Source: Euryarchaeota archaeon UBA19 (GTDB lineage: Archaea > Thermoplasmatota > Poseidoniia > Poseidoniales > Thalassarchaeaceae). Taken from it: a stretch of 64,000 nucleotides of DNA. The translations under genes were made by a program, and so were the position numbers. Below, piece after piece: positions 49,541 to 59,094 of this stretch. Location: NCBI GenBank assembly GCA_002502175.1, contig DAPQ01000060.1, positions 7,784-71,783 of the forward strand. Reading direction: 5' to 3'. Position 1 is the stretch's first letter; every line of letters begins with the position of its first letter. The notes beneath the pieces are model-generated. The model ran no database searches. It saw only the letters and a program-made list of their open reading frames with translations, and had not been told where the DNA came from.

Positions 49541-49837
49541 TCAGAGGTTTGTACTCAGAGTTAGAAGGTCTGACTGACCTGGGTCTATAACACATAATGC
49601 ACTAACTGGGAATGGTTTGGCACAAGCCGCACCCAACTGCCTGTTTACCATCGTAACTCTATGAACTGGGATATCAGGATGGCTAGTTGTCAAACTGGAT
49701 ATGTAATCCTCCGGACAGTTTGCCGCCACCAATACCAATCTGGCATCTCCTTTATTGCATGCACTTGTCGTTTGGCGTTGGCCAAATAGTACATTTCCTG
49801 TGCTAATTCCTTGTTTTAGTTGTCTTGCTAGATCCAT
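49541..49837 (-). CDS. rpl30e: 50S ribosomal protein L30e
   Basis: TGNVLFG, LVLVAANCP, LGAACAKPFPVS, DPGQSD; follows rpoA''. Confidence 0.95.
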   Translation of the reverse strand: MDLARQLKQGISTGNVLFGQRQTTSACNKGDARLVLVAANCPEDYISSLTTSHPDIPVHRVTMVNRQLGAACAKPFPVSALCVIDPGQSDLLTLSTNL

Positions 49838-49850
49838 TAGAATTCCTCCT

Positions 49851-51431
49851 TCAAGCATCTGCCTCTTCAGGTATGTAAAACAAATCTACACTACCTGTTC
49901 CAAGGGCTACTGGTTGACCAACGATAATATTCTCAGTTACACCTCTTAGGTGGTCTCTTTCACCAATTACACCAGCACGAAGTAAGTGGTTAACAGAGAC
50001 TTCGAACGCTGATCTTGCTAGAATACTGTGTTTCGTACCGCTAACTCCGTGTCGTCCAATCGCACGAACTTCACCTTCGCTAGTCATCACGTCAGCCACA
50101 GTGATTAGGTGCCTAGTGTCGACCTCCAAACCTGCCCCTTCAAGAGTATCTTTCATCTCATTGACGATTGCTTGCCTTGCCGCTTCAACTCCTAGATATT
50201 GGTAAATTTCATTGATATTGTTTGTGTAAGTTCTGCCTCTGTCTACACCTGCAAATTCACTGACCTTTGCTAGATTTGAGCCAATTGTGGCGATGTAATA
50301 CTCGCCGGTATCCTTGTTTGGACCCTGAACATTTGCTCGAATAATATCTGGCAATCCCTTTAATCTAAGTTTCTTGACTTTGTCCTCAAGTTGCAGTAAT
50401 GCGGTGTATGTTGGAGGATCATTTGCCAATGTTGCTAGATCATCTTCTTTGGTAACTCCAGGAATTACCTTGAGGACCTTAGGCTTGTCTTCATTATCAG
50501 CCTGAATGTATAGTCGAAGAGCTCTTTGCAGTTTATCTCTAACCTCAGCACCAGTCATTTTCTTCAAACGTAGGTTTGAGGCGTTTAAATCTAAATTAAG
50601 GTGCCTTTGAGCGACATCCACATCGATGGAAGCGATGTCTCTAGTCGTAGTTGTTTCAATTGAGGCCGCAATCGCTTGAACCTTCTTTTCATTGGTTCGC
50701 AGAGGCTTACCTTTGGAATCATTCTCATCGAGATAAACAAGCATTGTCGGTGTTTTTGGCACCTTCCTTGCATCAACAATTTCGATTACTCTCGGAAGAC
50801 CTTGGGTTACGTTAACCGTAGCTACACCAGCATAGTGGAAAGTACGCATTGTCATCTGAGTCCCAGGCTCTCCAATTGATTGAGCAGTGGTTATCCCTAC
50901 AGCCTCGTGTGGATCGACTCTTGACATTTCCATGCCGGATGCGGCACAAGTTACGACCTTGCGTGCTTCCGCTGCGGTAAGTTTCTTCTTTCCTCTAGAT
51001 AGCAAGCCATTGACTAAATCATTGATTGTCTTCGGTGTAATTCGAATGTTTTCCTTTGCGGCTGCGTCTGAAAGACTGGTGAACATTGGGTTCTCAATAT
51101 CTAAATCACGGTGGATTTGACGCATCTTGTCTTCCGAGTCATATTCTTGCAGAGGAAGAACGCTCTTCTTTCTGCGTCTTGTAGCAACACGGCGACGGAT
51201 CAAAGTCTTCTCCGCTGCCTTTTCCTTTTGAGCCGCTTTGGTAGAGCCTTGAATGACTTCAGATATATTCTGTGCCATTCCAGAATCGGTGGCGCAAATT
51301 TGTGCGATTTCTCCAGCGGTAAGCACCTTCACGTCATCCCACTTGCGGTCATCTGCAAGGCGATGTGCATATTCCTCTGCGATTCCAAGATCCATCAACT
51401 TCTTTTTGGTTGCACTCTTGACTACCATCAC
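49851..51431 (-). CDS. rpoA2: DNA-directed RNA polymerase subunit A'' (Rpo1C) with N-terminal extension
   Basis: [42 protein letters not shown]. Confidence 0.97.
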   Translation of the reverse strand: MMVVKSATKKKLMDLGIAEEYAHRLADDRKWDDVKVLTAGEIAQICATDSGMAQNISEVIQGSTKAAQKEKAAEKTLIRRRVATRRRKKSVLPLQEYDSEDKMRQIHRDLDIENPMFTSLSDAAAKENIRITPKTINDLVNGLLSRGKKKLTAAEARKVVTCAASGMEMSRVDPHEAVGITTAQSIGEPGTQMTMRTFHYAGVATVNVTQGLPRVIEIVDARKVPKTPTMLVYLDENDSKGKPLRTNEKKVQAIAASIETTTTRDIASIDVDVAQRHLNLDLNASNLRLKKMTGAEVRDKLQRALRLYIQADNEDKPKVLKVIPGVTKEDDLATLANDPPTYTALLQLEDKVKKLRLKGLPDIIRANVQGPNKDTGEYYIATIGSNLAKVSEFAGVDRGRTYTNNINEIYQYLGVEAARQAIVNEMKDTLEGAGLEVDTRHLITVADVMTSEGEVRAIGRHGVSGTKHSILARSAFEVSVNHLLRAGVIGERDHLRGVTENIIVGQPVALGTGSVDLFYIPEEADA

Positions 51432-54400
51432 TCATCACCTCCTAGAGCATCATCGAGAACCTTGGTGATATCAAATGGCATACCCTTTCGACTTCTAGCT
51501 GGGTCAATTCCATCTTCACCATACTCGAATTGGATAATCCTATCGGCAGTATTTCTAACTGAGCCGTTTCCATCTTCAGACACCTTGAGGTCGTCCATTG
51601 CGTTGATTAGACGGCGTTGCATATATCCTGACTTAGAGGTACGAACCGCGGTATCGACTAGGGACTCTCGTCCAGATACTGATAGCATGAAGAACTCAGT
51701 TGGCTCAAGCCCTTGCTTAAACGAAGAAGAGACGAATCCCTTTTCTTCCGCTCCTTTTACTCCACGAGGGAAGTGGGAAAGTACTCTGTCTTGGTAACCT
51801 CGCTCTAGACGCTTTCCACGGACCTTTGGTTGTCCTATCGAACCTGCCATCATCGCTAGGTTATCCATTGAACCACGAGCTCCCGATGTTGCCATGATTA
51901 CAGCAGAGTTATCCTCTCCAAGGTATGACTTAGCAACATTACCAGATTCTGCTTTAGCGGAATCTAGAATTTGCAGTATGTTCTCTTCAAGCGTCTCGAT
52001 TGGAGTTCTTCCCGGTCGAGTCTCATATCCACGTCCATTTTTGCCAAACTTTGCCAATTCTGCGTCTACTTCGTCACTAGCTCGGACGTTGATTTCAGAG
52101 ATTTCCTTAATCGCCGCGAGGGGTAAGTCTTCGTCATCGATTCCAGTAGTGAATCCAAGAGATGTACAAATTGCGATTGTCATCTTTGTCATTCTGTTTA
52201 GGAATTCAGCGCCACGGTTAGTACCGTGAGTCTGAACTACCGCATCAAGTAATCTACCATCTTCTGCACCAATTCCTCGCTTGTCGATAGTACCACTGAC
52301 AATACCAGTAGAAGTAACATTGACTTCGTCTCCACTTCTACTCGTGTAGTTTAATTTGAATCCTGCAGGGACAATTAGGCTGAGGAGATCAGCACCTCTG
52401 TAACCTACCATACCATCCTTAGTTGTGACTTCTTCTGGCATCTCTCCATCCCAGCCTACTGAACCCAATACTTCCATAGCCAGTTCCTTAGGTAGAACTC
52501 TGTCACCATGAGTTAGAAGATAAGCTCCTGAAATATGGTCATGTATTCCTCCAATAACCGAACCACCGTATCTTGGAGTAATGATGTGTTCCTGAACTCT
52601 CATCAAAATCTTCGCTTCGGCCCTTGCCTCTTCAGATTGTATGACGTGTAGATTCATTTCATCTCCGTCGAAATCAGCATTGTAGGGTGTACAATCTGCT
52701 AGATTGAATCGGAATGTCTTGCCTTGCATAACACGAATTTCGTGAACCAGCATAGACATTCTGTGAAGTGAAGGCTGCCGATTGAAGATTGCTACGTCCC
52801 CGTCGATAAGATGTCTTTCAACAATTACACCAGGTCGCGGGTTACCGTCCCTATCGTAAGTTGAAAGTCTGTCTTCAACTTCAGTTCGGTATACATTACC
52901 GTGCTCGTCTTCCACCGCAGGACTGCCACAATGAGGGCAGTACACTTCAAGGTGCTCTGGGAAATATTCGTCAGGGTTGTTCTGCTCCCATACCCATCGA
53001 TTATGGATAATTGCTCGAGGGTCGTCCTCAGCTAGTTGACGACCATTTTCGTCTTCACCTCGTAGGTTGGAAATTGTTGTGTCAAGATCTACTGACCAAA
53101 CATCCTCGAGGTCACCCAGTTCATTCCTTCGCATCTGCTTCATTAGTTCAAGCCCAGGAAGGAAGTTTGGTGCAGGGAGTACTGTGTTGAGGTCTGGCCG
53201 ATATCCATCATAGGGCTCTTCGTCGCTTCCGCAATGACAATCTGGATTCAAACAACGGAATCCAGCCCAGATGAATTTTGTCCTATCAGTGATTCTTACT
53301 CTGAAACTATCTCCTCTGATAATGTAGTTAACACCAGGATGGACATCCGGCCCACGCATAATCATCCTTCGTAATTGTTCTCGGTTCCTGCTAGTTGCAC
53401 GGATTGGAACTGTCAATTCCTTGGCTGTTTGAACTGGAACACCAACCTCGTTAATTCCAAGATTTGGATCTGGGCTGATTACAGTACGAGCACAGAAGTT
53501 AACTCGCTTTCCGGAAAGATTGCTTCGGAATCTTCCTTCCTTACCCTTGAGGCGTTGTGAAAGAGTCTTCAGAGGCCTTCCAGAGCGGTGCCTTGCTGGT
53601 GGAATACCGCTGGTCTGATTATCGAAATATGTTGTAACGTGGTATTGCAATAATTCCCAGAGATCTTCAACAATTAATTGCGGTGCTCCAGCGTCACGGT
53701 TTTCTCGTAGTCGTTGGTTGATTCTGAGAACGTCGACCAATTTGTGAGTGAGGTCATCTTCGGAGCGATCTCCGCTATCCAAAGTAATTGATGGACGTAC
53801 TGTTATTGGCGGCACTGGAAGAACCTTCATTATTGACCACTCAGGTCTACTAGAATTGCTATCCATTCCAAGGAATATCAAATGTTGGTCTGGAATCTTT
53901 TCTAGCCATTCTCGGATATCTCTTGCATTCAACTTGTGTTCCCCTTTGTCGGCTTTCTTCTCCTTGAAAGTAGAAGGCTTGTCTAGGAGAATCTTACCTT
54001 GTTCCGCGCCACAGTGCATGCAAATAGCACGCTTGGCGCTGGAACATTCCTTCTCGATTTCCTTGATGATTTTCTTGAATTCAGTGGAACCTACACCATG
54101 CTTTCGCATTACATCATGAACACGGTCACGGTAGTAATCTTGTTCAGACTTTTCTGGATCTAGAGGGTGAGTGTCTGCTGCACTGTGCAGAAGAATTTGG
54201 CTACATTCATTGCAAGTGCACTTCAGAGCCGTTTTGATTAGAGCGGTGAATCCGATGTGCATAACAGGTAGTTCAAGCGCGATATGCCCGAAATGACTCG
54301 GGCACTCGTCATGCTTATTTCCACACGTCTCACAGCGAATTCCTGGGTCAATGACTCCCATTTTTGGATCCATCAATCCTTGCTTGAACGCGTGTCCATC

Positions 54401-54526
54401 ATCCTTGTAAGTGTCTGCTGTCTTTACTTCAACTGCCGACATCTTTCGAATCTCATTTGGATCCATTAGGCTGAACTTGATCGAATCTATCCTCTTTGGG
54501 ATTTTTGCTACTCCACGGGCACTCAT
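51428..54526 (-). CDS. rpoA1: DNA-directed RNA polymerase subunit A' (Rpo1N)
   Basis: [43 protein letters not shown]. Confidence 0.98.
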   Translation of the reverse strand: MSARGVAKIPKRIDSIKFSLMDPNEIRKMSAVEVKTADTYKDDGHAFKQGLMDPKMGVIDPGIRCETCGNKHDECPSHFGHIALELPVMHIGFTALIKTALKCTCNECSQILLHSAADTHPLDPEKSEQDYYRDRVHDVMRKHGVGSTEFKKIIKEIEKECSSAKRAICMHCGAEQGKILLDKPSTFKEKKADKGEHKLNARDIREWLEKIPDQHLIFLGMDSNSSRPEWSIMKVLPVPPITVRPSITLDSGDRSEDDLTHKLVDVLRINQRLRENRDAGAPQLIVEDLWELLQYHVTTYFDNQTSGIPPARHRSGRPLKTLSQRLKGKEGRFRSNLSGKRVNFCARTVISPDPNLGINEVGVPVQTAKELTVPIRATSRNREQLRRMIMRGPDVHPGVNYIIRGDSFRVRITDRTKFIWAGFRCLNPDCHCGSDEEPYDGYRPDLNTVLPAPNFLPGLELMKQMRRNELGDLEDVWSVDLDTTISNLRGEDENGRQLAEDDPRAIIHNRWVWEQNNPDEYFPEHLEVYCPHCGSPAVEDEHGNVYRTEVEDRLSTYDRDGNPRPGVIVERHLIDGDVAIFNRQPSLHRMSMLVHEIRVMQGKTFRFNLADCTPYNADFDGDEMNLHVIQSEEARAEAKILMRVQEHIITPRYGGSVIGGIHDHISGAYLLTHGDRVLPKELAMEVLGSVGWDGEMPEEVTTKDGMVGYRGADLLSLIVPAGFKLNYTSRSGDEVNVTSTGIVSGTIDKRGIGAEDGRLLDAVVQTHGTNRGAEFLNRMTKMTIAICTSLGFTTGIDDEDLPLAAIKEISEINVRASDEVDAELAKFGKNGRGYETRPGRTPIETLEENILQILDSAKAESGNVAKSYLGEDNSAVIMATSGARGSMDNLAMMAGSIGQPKVRGKRLERGYQDRVLSHFPRGVKGAEEKGFVSSSFKQGLEPTEFFMLSVSGRESLVDTAVRTSKSGYMQRRLINAMDDLKVSEDGNGSVRNTADRIIQFEYGEDGIDPARSRKGMPFDITKVLDDALGGDE

Positions 54527-57500
54527 CTTCGGTCCTCCAATTCAAGGCGCATAGCCACTCCAAGACTCTTCATTTCGTCCAGAAGTAGCTTGAAAGCGTA
54601 GGAGGTTTGTACCGAATGAACATCTGCTCGATCGCCACAGACCGGGCAAACCGGTGTCCTCCTCTTCCAATCATAATACGCGATATGTCCACAGCCACTG
54701 TTGTTACAAACCATCAGTGGCCAACCATCCGATTCATCGAGCAGTCTATCTTTGATTACCATCGAAGCACCGTGGGCAATTAGACAATCTCTCTCCATTT
54801 CTCCGAACCTGAGACCACCTTGTCGGGCTCGTCCCTCTGTTGGCTGTCGAGTCAAGATTTGTACTCGACCACGGCTTCGGGCGTGCAGTTTGCTGCTAAC
54901 TAAGTGGTGTAGGCGCTGATAGAAAATTACTCCAGTGAAAATTTCAGCTTGGAAGGCTTCTCCGGTTTCACCGCTAATCATCGGTTCTCTTCCTGTGTGC
55001 GCGAAACCATTTCTAAGTAGTCCAGAGCGAAGTGATTCTTCCTTTTCTCCGCTAAACGCAGTACCGTCAATCTGTCGACCTTCCATGGAACCAACCTTTC
55101 CACCAATCATCTCTAAAACGTGTGCTACTGTCATTCTAGATGGAATAGCGTGAGGATTGATAATTAGGTCGGGAACGATACCGTCAACAGTGAATGGCAT
55201 ATCCTTCTCATCTACGAGTCTGCCAATTACACCCTTCTGACCGTGTCGACTTGCGAATTTATCACCTAATTCAGGTACCTTTTCTGTCCTCAAAGTGATG
55301 CGGCACAGAAGTCCGGAATCGAGTGATTCTGTAACGAATACATTGTCTACCCATCCAGATTCACCATTACGAACCATCATTGATGATTCTCGGCGTTCTT
55401 GGGCTTGTAGGAAATGTCCATGTGATTCTTCAAGGAATCTTGGAGGGCTTGTTTTTCCTACTAAGACTCCGGTATCTGCACCAACACTTGACAAATGAGT
55501 CTCTGGAGTTGGAAGACCATCCCTTTCTAAGTGGACGTAGCTCTCCCAAGACTTGAGGCCCTTTACCTCGTCAAGTCCAGTTCCTGGAACTTCAATTTGC
55601 TCTTTTTGTCCACCAGGGAATTGTTTGTTCTCGGCATTGTATGTGCGAATGAATGATGAGCGGCCCAGCGATCTCTCGACTGCTGCTCTATTCATAACCA
55701 CGGCGTCTTGCATGTTGTATCCATGATGGCTCAATATAGCCACAACGAAATTTTGTCCGCCCGGTCTTTGGGCGAAATTAGTAGTCTTCATCGAGCGTGT
55801 TCCGACAATTGATTGCTGTGGATAATGCATTACGTGCATACGGGTATCTGGCCTTAGGCGGTAGTTTGCACTTGGAAGACCAAGGCTTTGCTTCACCATT
55901 GCTGTACCACCGGTAACTCTTGGAGTAGAGTTGTGCTCAGGATAAGGCACTAGTGATGCACATACACCTAGAATTAGTTGAGGGTCTATCTCGACGTGAG
56001 TGTAGGCGAGAACTGTGTTTTGCCTCTTCTGCTTTCGTAGAATAGCCTCAAGATCCTCTTGATAGTAGTTTAGTGGTACACTGAAATTCTCTATCTCCGA
56101 ATCCCCATTAGGCATCTTTACTTCTACGCGTAGTTTTGCTTTCTTAATTTGAGAAGCACCTAGGTTTACCCATTCCACGGAAGCTGGATTTATTGGACGA
56201 CCATGCTTTGGAGAAACCATAGGTAAATCGAACGGCCGAGGTGCAATAAGGAGGTCTTCCTCTTCTTCTGCATCCACCCATTCAACTACACCGTTTGATA
56301 CTAAATCAGCAAACGTCCATTCTCCTGATTTTATCAAGTCGAGATGGTCTTTGGAAAGTACCAAATCACCGTCTTCGAGGACCAAAAGAGGCCTCAGTAT
56401 TCGACCTCTGTCAGTGTTGATGAAAATATCTCTATTTGCCCCGTCATATCGTATACTTACCTCGGGACGGATTCTTCCCTGGCGCCTTCGACGCTTGAAT
56501 TGATTAACCAACTTAGTGGCGTTTTTGTGTAATCCGAAAATGTCTCCATTAACGTGTACACGGAATCCTTCAGCCCATCCGGCAGGTGAAGAATCAACTC
56601 CTGCTTCGCTTAGGAGTTGCTTTACCTCGTTCTCATGAACTTCTTCTGAGACGTCAATCATCTGAGATGCGTTCTTGACCAAGCCACAATTCTGCCCTTC
56701 GGGCGTCTCGTTTGGACAGAGCCTACCCCATTGAGTGGGGTGCAGATCTCGAGCTTCGAAGTGAGGTTGGCTGCGAACCAAGGGGCTCGTTACTCTACGC
56801 ATGTGTGACAGAGCCGCAAGATAGGTAGTCCTGTCCAGAAGTTGACTGACACCGCTACGTCCGCCAACCCAATTTCCGGTTGCCAAAGCGTGCATTATTT
56901 TCTGAGTTAGAACATCAGGTCGCAAGCAGGCGTTGATTCTTAATTCGCGCTTTCTGTTGTGATGGCGCTCTAATTGATACTTTAGATCACGTGCAAGTTG
57001 TTGAAGGCTTACTCGGAATAGATCTTCGACTAAGTCCCCTGCTAATCTAACTCTCTTGTTAGCGTAATGGTCCTTGTCATTAGGGTCTTGGTCTGTAATT
57101 GCCATTTCAAGGACTTGGCGTACAATTCGGCCGAGGAATATTGCTTTCTTCTCTCGGTGTTCGGGGCCTGAACCAAGGTGAGGTAGTAGTTCCTTGTCCA
57201 ACAAATTCTGAATTCTCGCTTCTCGATATTCCTTCTGCTGACCAGCGGCGAATTTCTTCTCTAGCCATTGAAGGGCTTCCTCGGAAGTCTCTACGTTATA
57301 TTCTTCGTTATCTTTGACATCGTTTAGATTAGCAACAGTATACTTCATCGCTTCAGCTGGACCTGCAATTGCAGTGAAAATTTCCTTATCATTCTCCATG
57401 CCGAGAGAACGCATTAGCAGAACCACTGGAATTGGAGTTGTTCCTGCACTTGGAATCTTAACCATAAGCATACCATCACGGCGCTTTTCTATGTTCAGTG

Positions 57501-58209
57501 GCTTTCTAACTCCATCTTTTTGTGAGAAAATCTTTGCAACTTCTGTTTCATGAGCATATTTCTTATTCTTCTCCACAGTGACTCGGTTTGGCGCTAGATC
57601 TTCCATCGAGATTAGTACTCTTTCTGTACCGTTGATAATGAAATAGCCACCAGGGTCTAGAGGGTCTTCTCCTGCTCTACGTAGTAACTCAGTTAATCTC
57701 TCAGCATCCTCTGTGGAAGTGTGAGGTGATAACTTTCTATCGTCATCAGCACATAGGTGAGAGATATGGTTAGCGTGTAGATTACACTGAGCAGAACGAA
57801 CCATAATTGGGAGGTTACCAATGTGCACCCTCTCTTCTATATCCGGAGTTGGTTTGTCATCTCGGATAATTTGGAAATCTAGGTGCACTGGTGAGAAATA
57901 AGTTAGTTTCCTTAGCCTGCACTCTAATGGGGTCGCAGGATGTTCTGCGCCATTTGCTTCCCGGATTGTAGGGCGGCCAAGATGAATATTCTTCATTCTG
58001 ATGACGATCTCTTTGTCTAGAACGTCCAGTTTGATTATTCCACCGTCATCGTCTTCTACTGGCTCATCAGTTCCAATGCGAATATTTCGAACGATTTTTT
58101 CCATTCGGCTTAATTTACCGTCGGTAGATGGAATACAATCATTGTAGGATGCTAATTGGTGGTTAACCAAGCTTCTTTGCTGAAAATAACTCTCTACGAT
58201 TTCCTTCAT
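54523..58209 (-). CDS. rpoB: DNA-directed RNA polymerase subunit B (Rpo2, unsplit)
   Basis: GGYFIINGTE, ETPEGQNCGL, GDKFASRHGQKG, GGLRFGEMERDC. Confidence 0.98.
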   Translation of the reverse strand: MKEIVESYFQQRSLVNHQLASYNDCIPSTDGKLSRMEKIVRNIRIGTDEPVEDDDGGIIKLDVLDKEIVIRMKNIHLGRPTIREANGAEHPATPLECRLRKLTYFSPVHLDFQIIRDDKPTPDIEERVHIGNLPIMVRSAQCNLHANHISHLCADDDRKLSPHTSTEDAERLTELLRRAGEDPLDPGGYFIINGTERVLISMEDLAPNRVTVEKNKKYAHETEVAKIFSQKDGVRKPLNIEKRRDGMLMVKIPSAGTTPIPVVLLMRSLGMENDKEIFTAIAGPAEAMKYTVANLNDVKDNEEYNVETSEEALQWLEKKFAAGQQKEYREARIQNLLDKELLPHLGSGPEHREKKAIFLGRIVRQVLEMAITDQDPNDKDHYANKRVRLAGDLVEDLFRVSLQQLARDLKYQLERHHNRKRELRINACLRPDVLTQKIMHALATGNWVGGRSGVSQLLDRTTYLAALSHMRRVTSPLVRSQPHFEARDLHPTQWGRLCPNETPEGQNCGLVKNASQMIDVSEEVHENEVKQLLSEAGVDSSPAGWAEGFRVHVNGDIFGLHKNATKLVNQFKRRRRQGRIRPEVSIRYDGANRDIFINTDRGRILRPLLVLEDGDLVLSKDHLDLIKSGEWTFADLVSNGVVEWVDAEEEEDLLIAPRPFDLPMVSPKHGRPINPASVEWVNLGASQIKKAKLRVEVKMPNGDSEIENFSVPLNYYQEDLEAILRKQKRQNTVLAYTHVEIDPQLILGVCASLVPYPEHNSTPRVTGGTAMVKQSLGLPSANYRLRPDTRMHVMHYPQQSIVGTRSMKTTNFAQRPGGQNFVVAILSHHGYNMQDAVVMNRAAVERSLGRSSFIRTYNAENKQFPGGQKEQIEVPGTGLDEVKGLKSWESYVHLERDGLPTPETHLSSVGADTGVLVGKTSPPRFLEESHGHFLQAQERRESSMMVRNGESGWVDNVFVTESLDSGLLCRITLRTEKVPELGDKFASRHGQKGVIGRLVDEKDMPFTVDGIVPDLIINPHAIPSRMTVAHVLEMIGGKVGSMEGRQIDGTAFSGEKEESLRSGLLRNGFAHTGREPMISGETGEAFQAEIFTGVIFYQRLHHLVSSKLHARSRGRVQILTRQPTEGRARQGGLRFGEMERDCLIAHGASMVIKDRLLDESDGWPLMVCNNSGCGHIAYYDWKRRTPVCPVCGDRADVHSVQTSYAFKLLLDEMKSLGVAMRLELEDRR

Positions 58210-58221
58210 CTTCTCAACTCC

Positions 58222-58809
58222 TCAAGCACTCTCCACGATTAGTCTGAATGCGGTACTTGAACCGGCAACTCGGCTATATCGAACTACTCGCACTACTCTG
58301 TTTGCAAGCCATCCAGCAGGTAAATCATCTATCTCCGACTCTACCTTTTCTTTGATAGCTTGAACGGCAGGGTCGGTAATTAGAAGCTTAGGCAATAATT
58401 CCTTTGCAATCCTAATTCCGCCTTCATTGTCAGGAACTTCTAAACCCCAATGAGACAATACTGCGGACTCTTCTTCTTGTGAGACCAATTCATGGTGAGG
58501 AACTAATATGTGATTTAGGACATTAAAGCGATCGTCACCCTGAGGGATGTCGTCTAGTTCCAATGCCTTTCTTGAAATTGTAATTCTGCCGGAACGACTG
58601 CGTCGACGAGAGGTGTTGTGCTCTCTGATAATGGACATGATATTCTCGAGTGTTGCATCGCTCATCGCTACTCCAGTCTTTTCGGAAACTTCCTCAACCG
58701 TCATTCGCTTGATTGCATCCATGTTTGCGTCGTCAGCGAGTTTGTGGGCATGTTCTGCATCTATGCCCAACTCGATTAGACGCTTTTTTGTAGAACTCTT
58801 AACTGCCAT
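58222..58809 (-). CDS. rpoH: DNA-directed RNA polymerase subunit H (Rpo5) with long N-terminal extension
   Basis: HILVPHHE...[11 protein letters not shown]...VVRVVRYS; first gene of the rpo operon. Confidence 0.92.
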   Translation of the reverse strand: MAVKSSTKKRLIELGIDAEHAHKLADDANMDAIKRMTVEEVSEKTGVAMSDATLENIMSIIREHNTSRRRSRSGRITISRKALELDDIPQGDDRFNVLNHILVPHHELVSQEEESAVLSHWGLEVPDNEGGIRIAKELLPKLLITDPAVQAIKEKVESEIDDLPAGWLANRVVRVVRYSRVAGSSTAFRLIVESA

Positions 58810-58858
58810 TTACGCCGCCCCAAAACCCAGAAAACCGTGTGCCTGAGGCTTGGTCAGG

Positions 58859-58932
58859 CGGGCCTGGAGGGATTCGAACCCCCGGCCACCGGGTTAAAAG
58901 CCCGGCGCTCTACCTGACTAAGCTACAGGCCC
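58859..58932 (-). tRNA. tRNA-Lys (anticodon UUU), CCA not encoded, no intron
   Basis: Minus strand GGGCCTGTAGCTTAG...CCGGG-CTTTTAA-CCCGG...GGTTCGAATCC...CAGGCCCG. Confidence 0.95.
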
Positions 58933-59094
58933 ATGGCTAGTGCTGGGCTGCCGGTCGTCCGAAGGGGTGTTTAAGAAAGTGACGGTCTATGCGTAGCATA
59001 GGCACGGCTGGACCATTCACCCTCTTGGGGGCCGAGAGAGCGGAAAGAAGTAAGGACTTCCATGAATAAAGGTTTGCGCAATTAAGGTGATAAA

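Noticed and set aside
51111-51797. Long antisense ORFs (also 60976..61605, 11270..11743, 15729..16187, 19246..19677)
   Set aside because: They lie fully opposite well-supported genes, have no recognisable motifs, and are explained by codon bias of the sense strand
52850-53280. Possible intein in RpoA'
   Set aside because: No N-terminal C/S block with a C-terminal HN-(C/S/T) junction and no LAGLIDADG motifs; treated as a structural insertion
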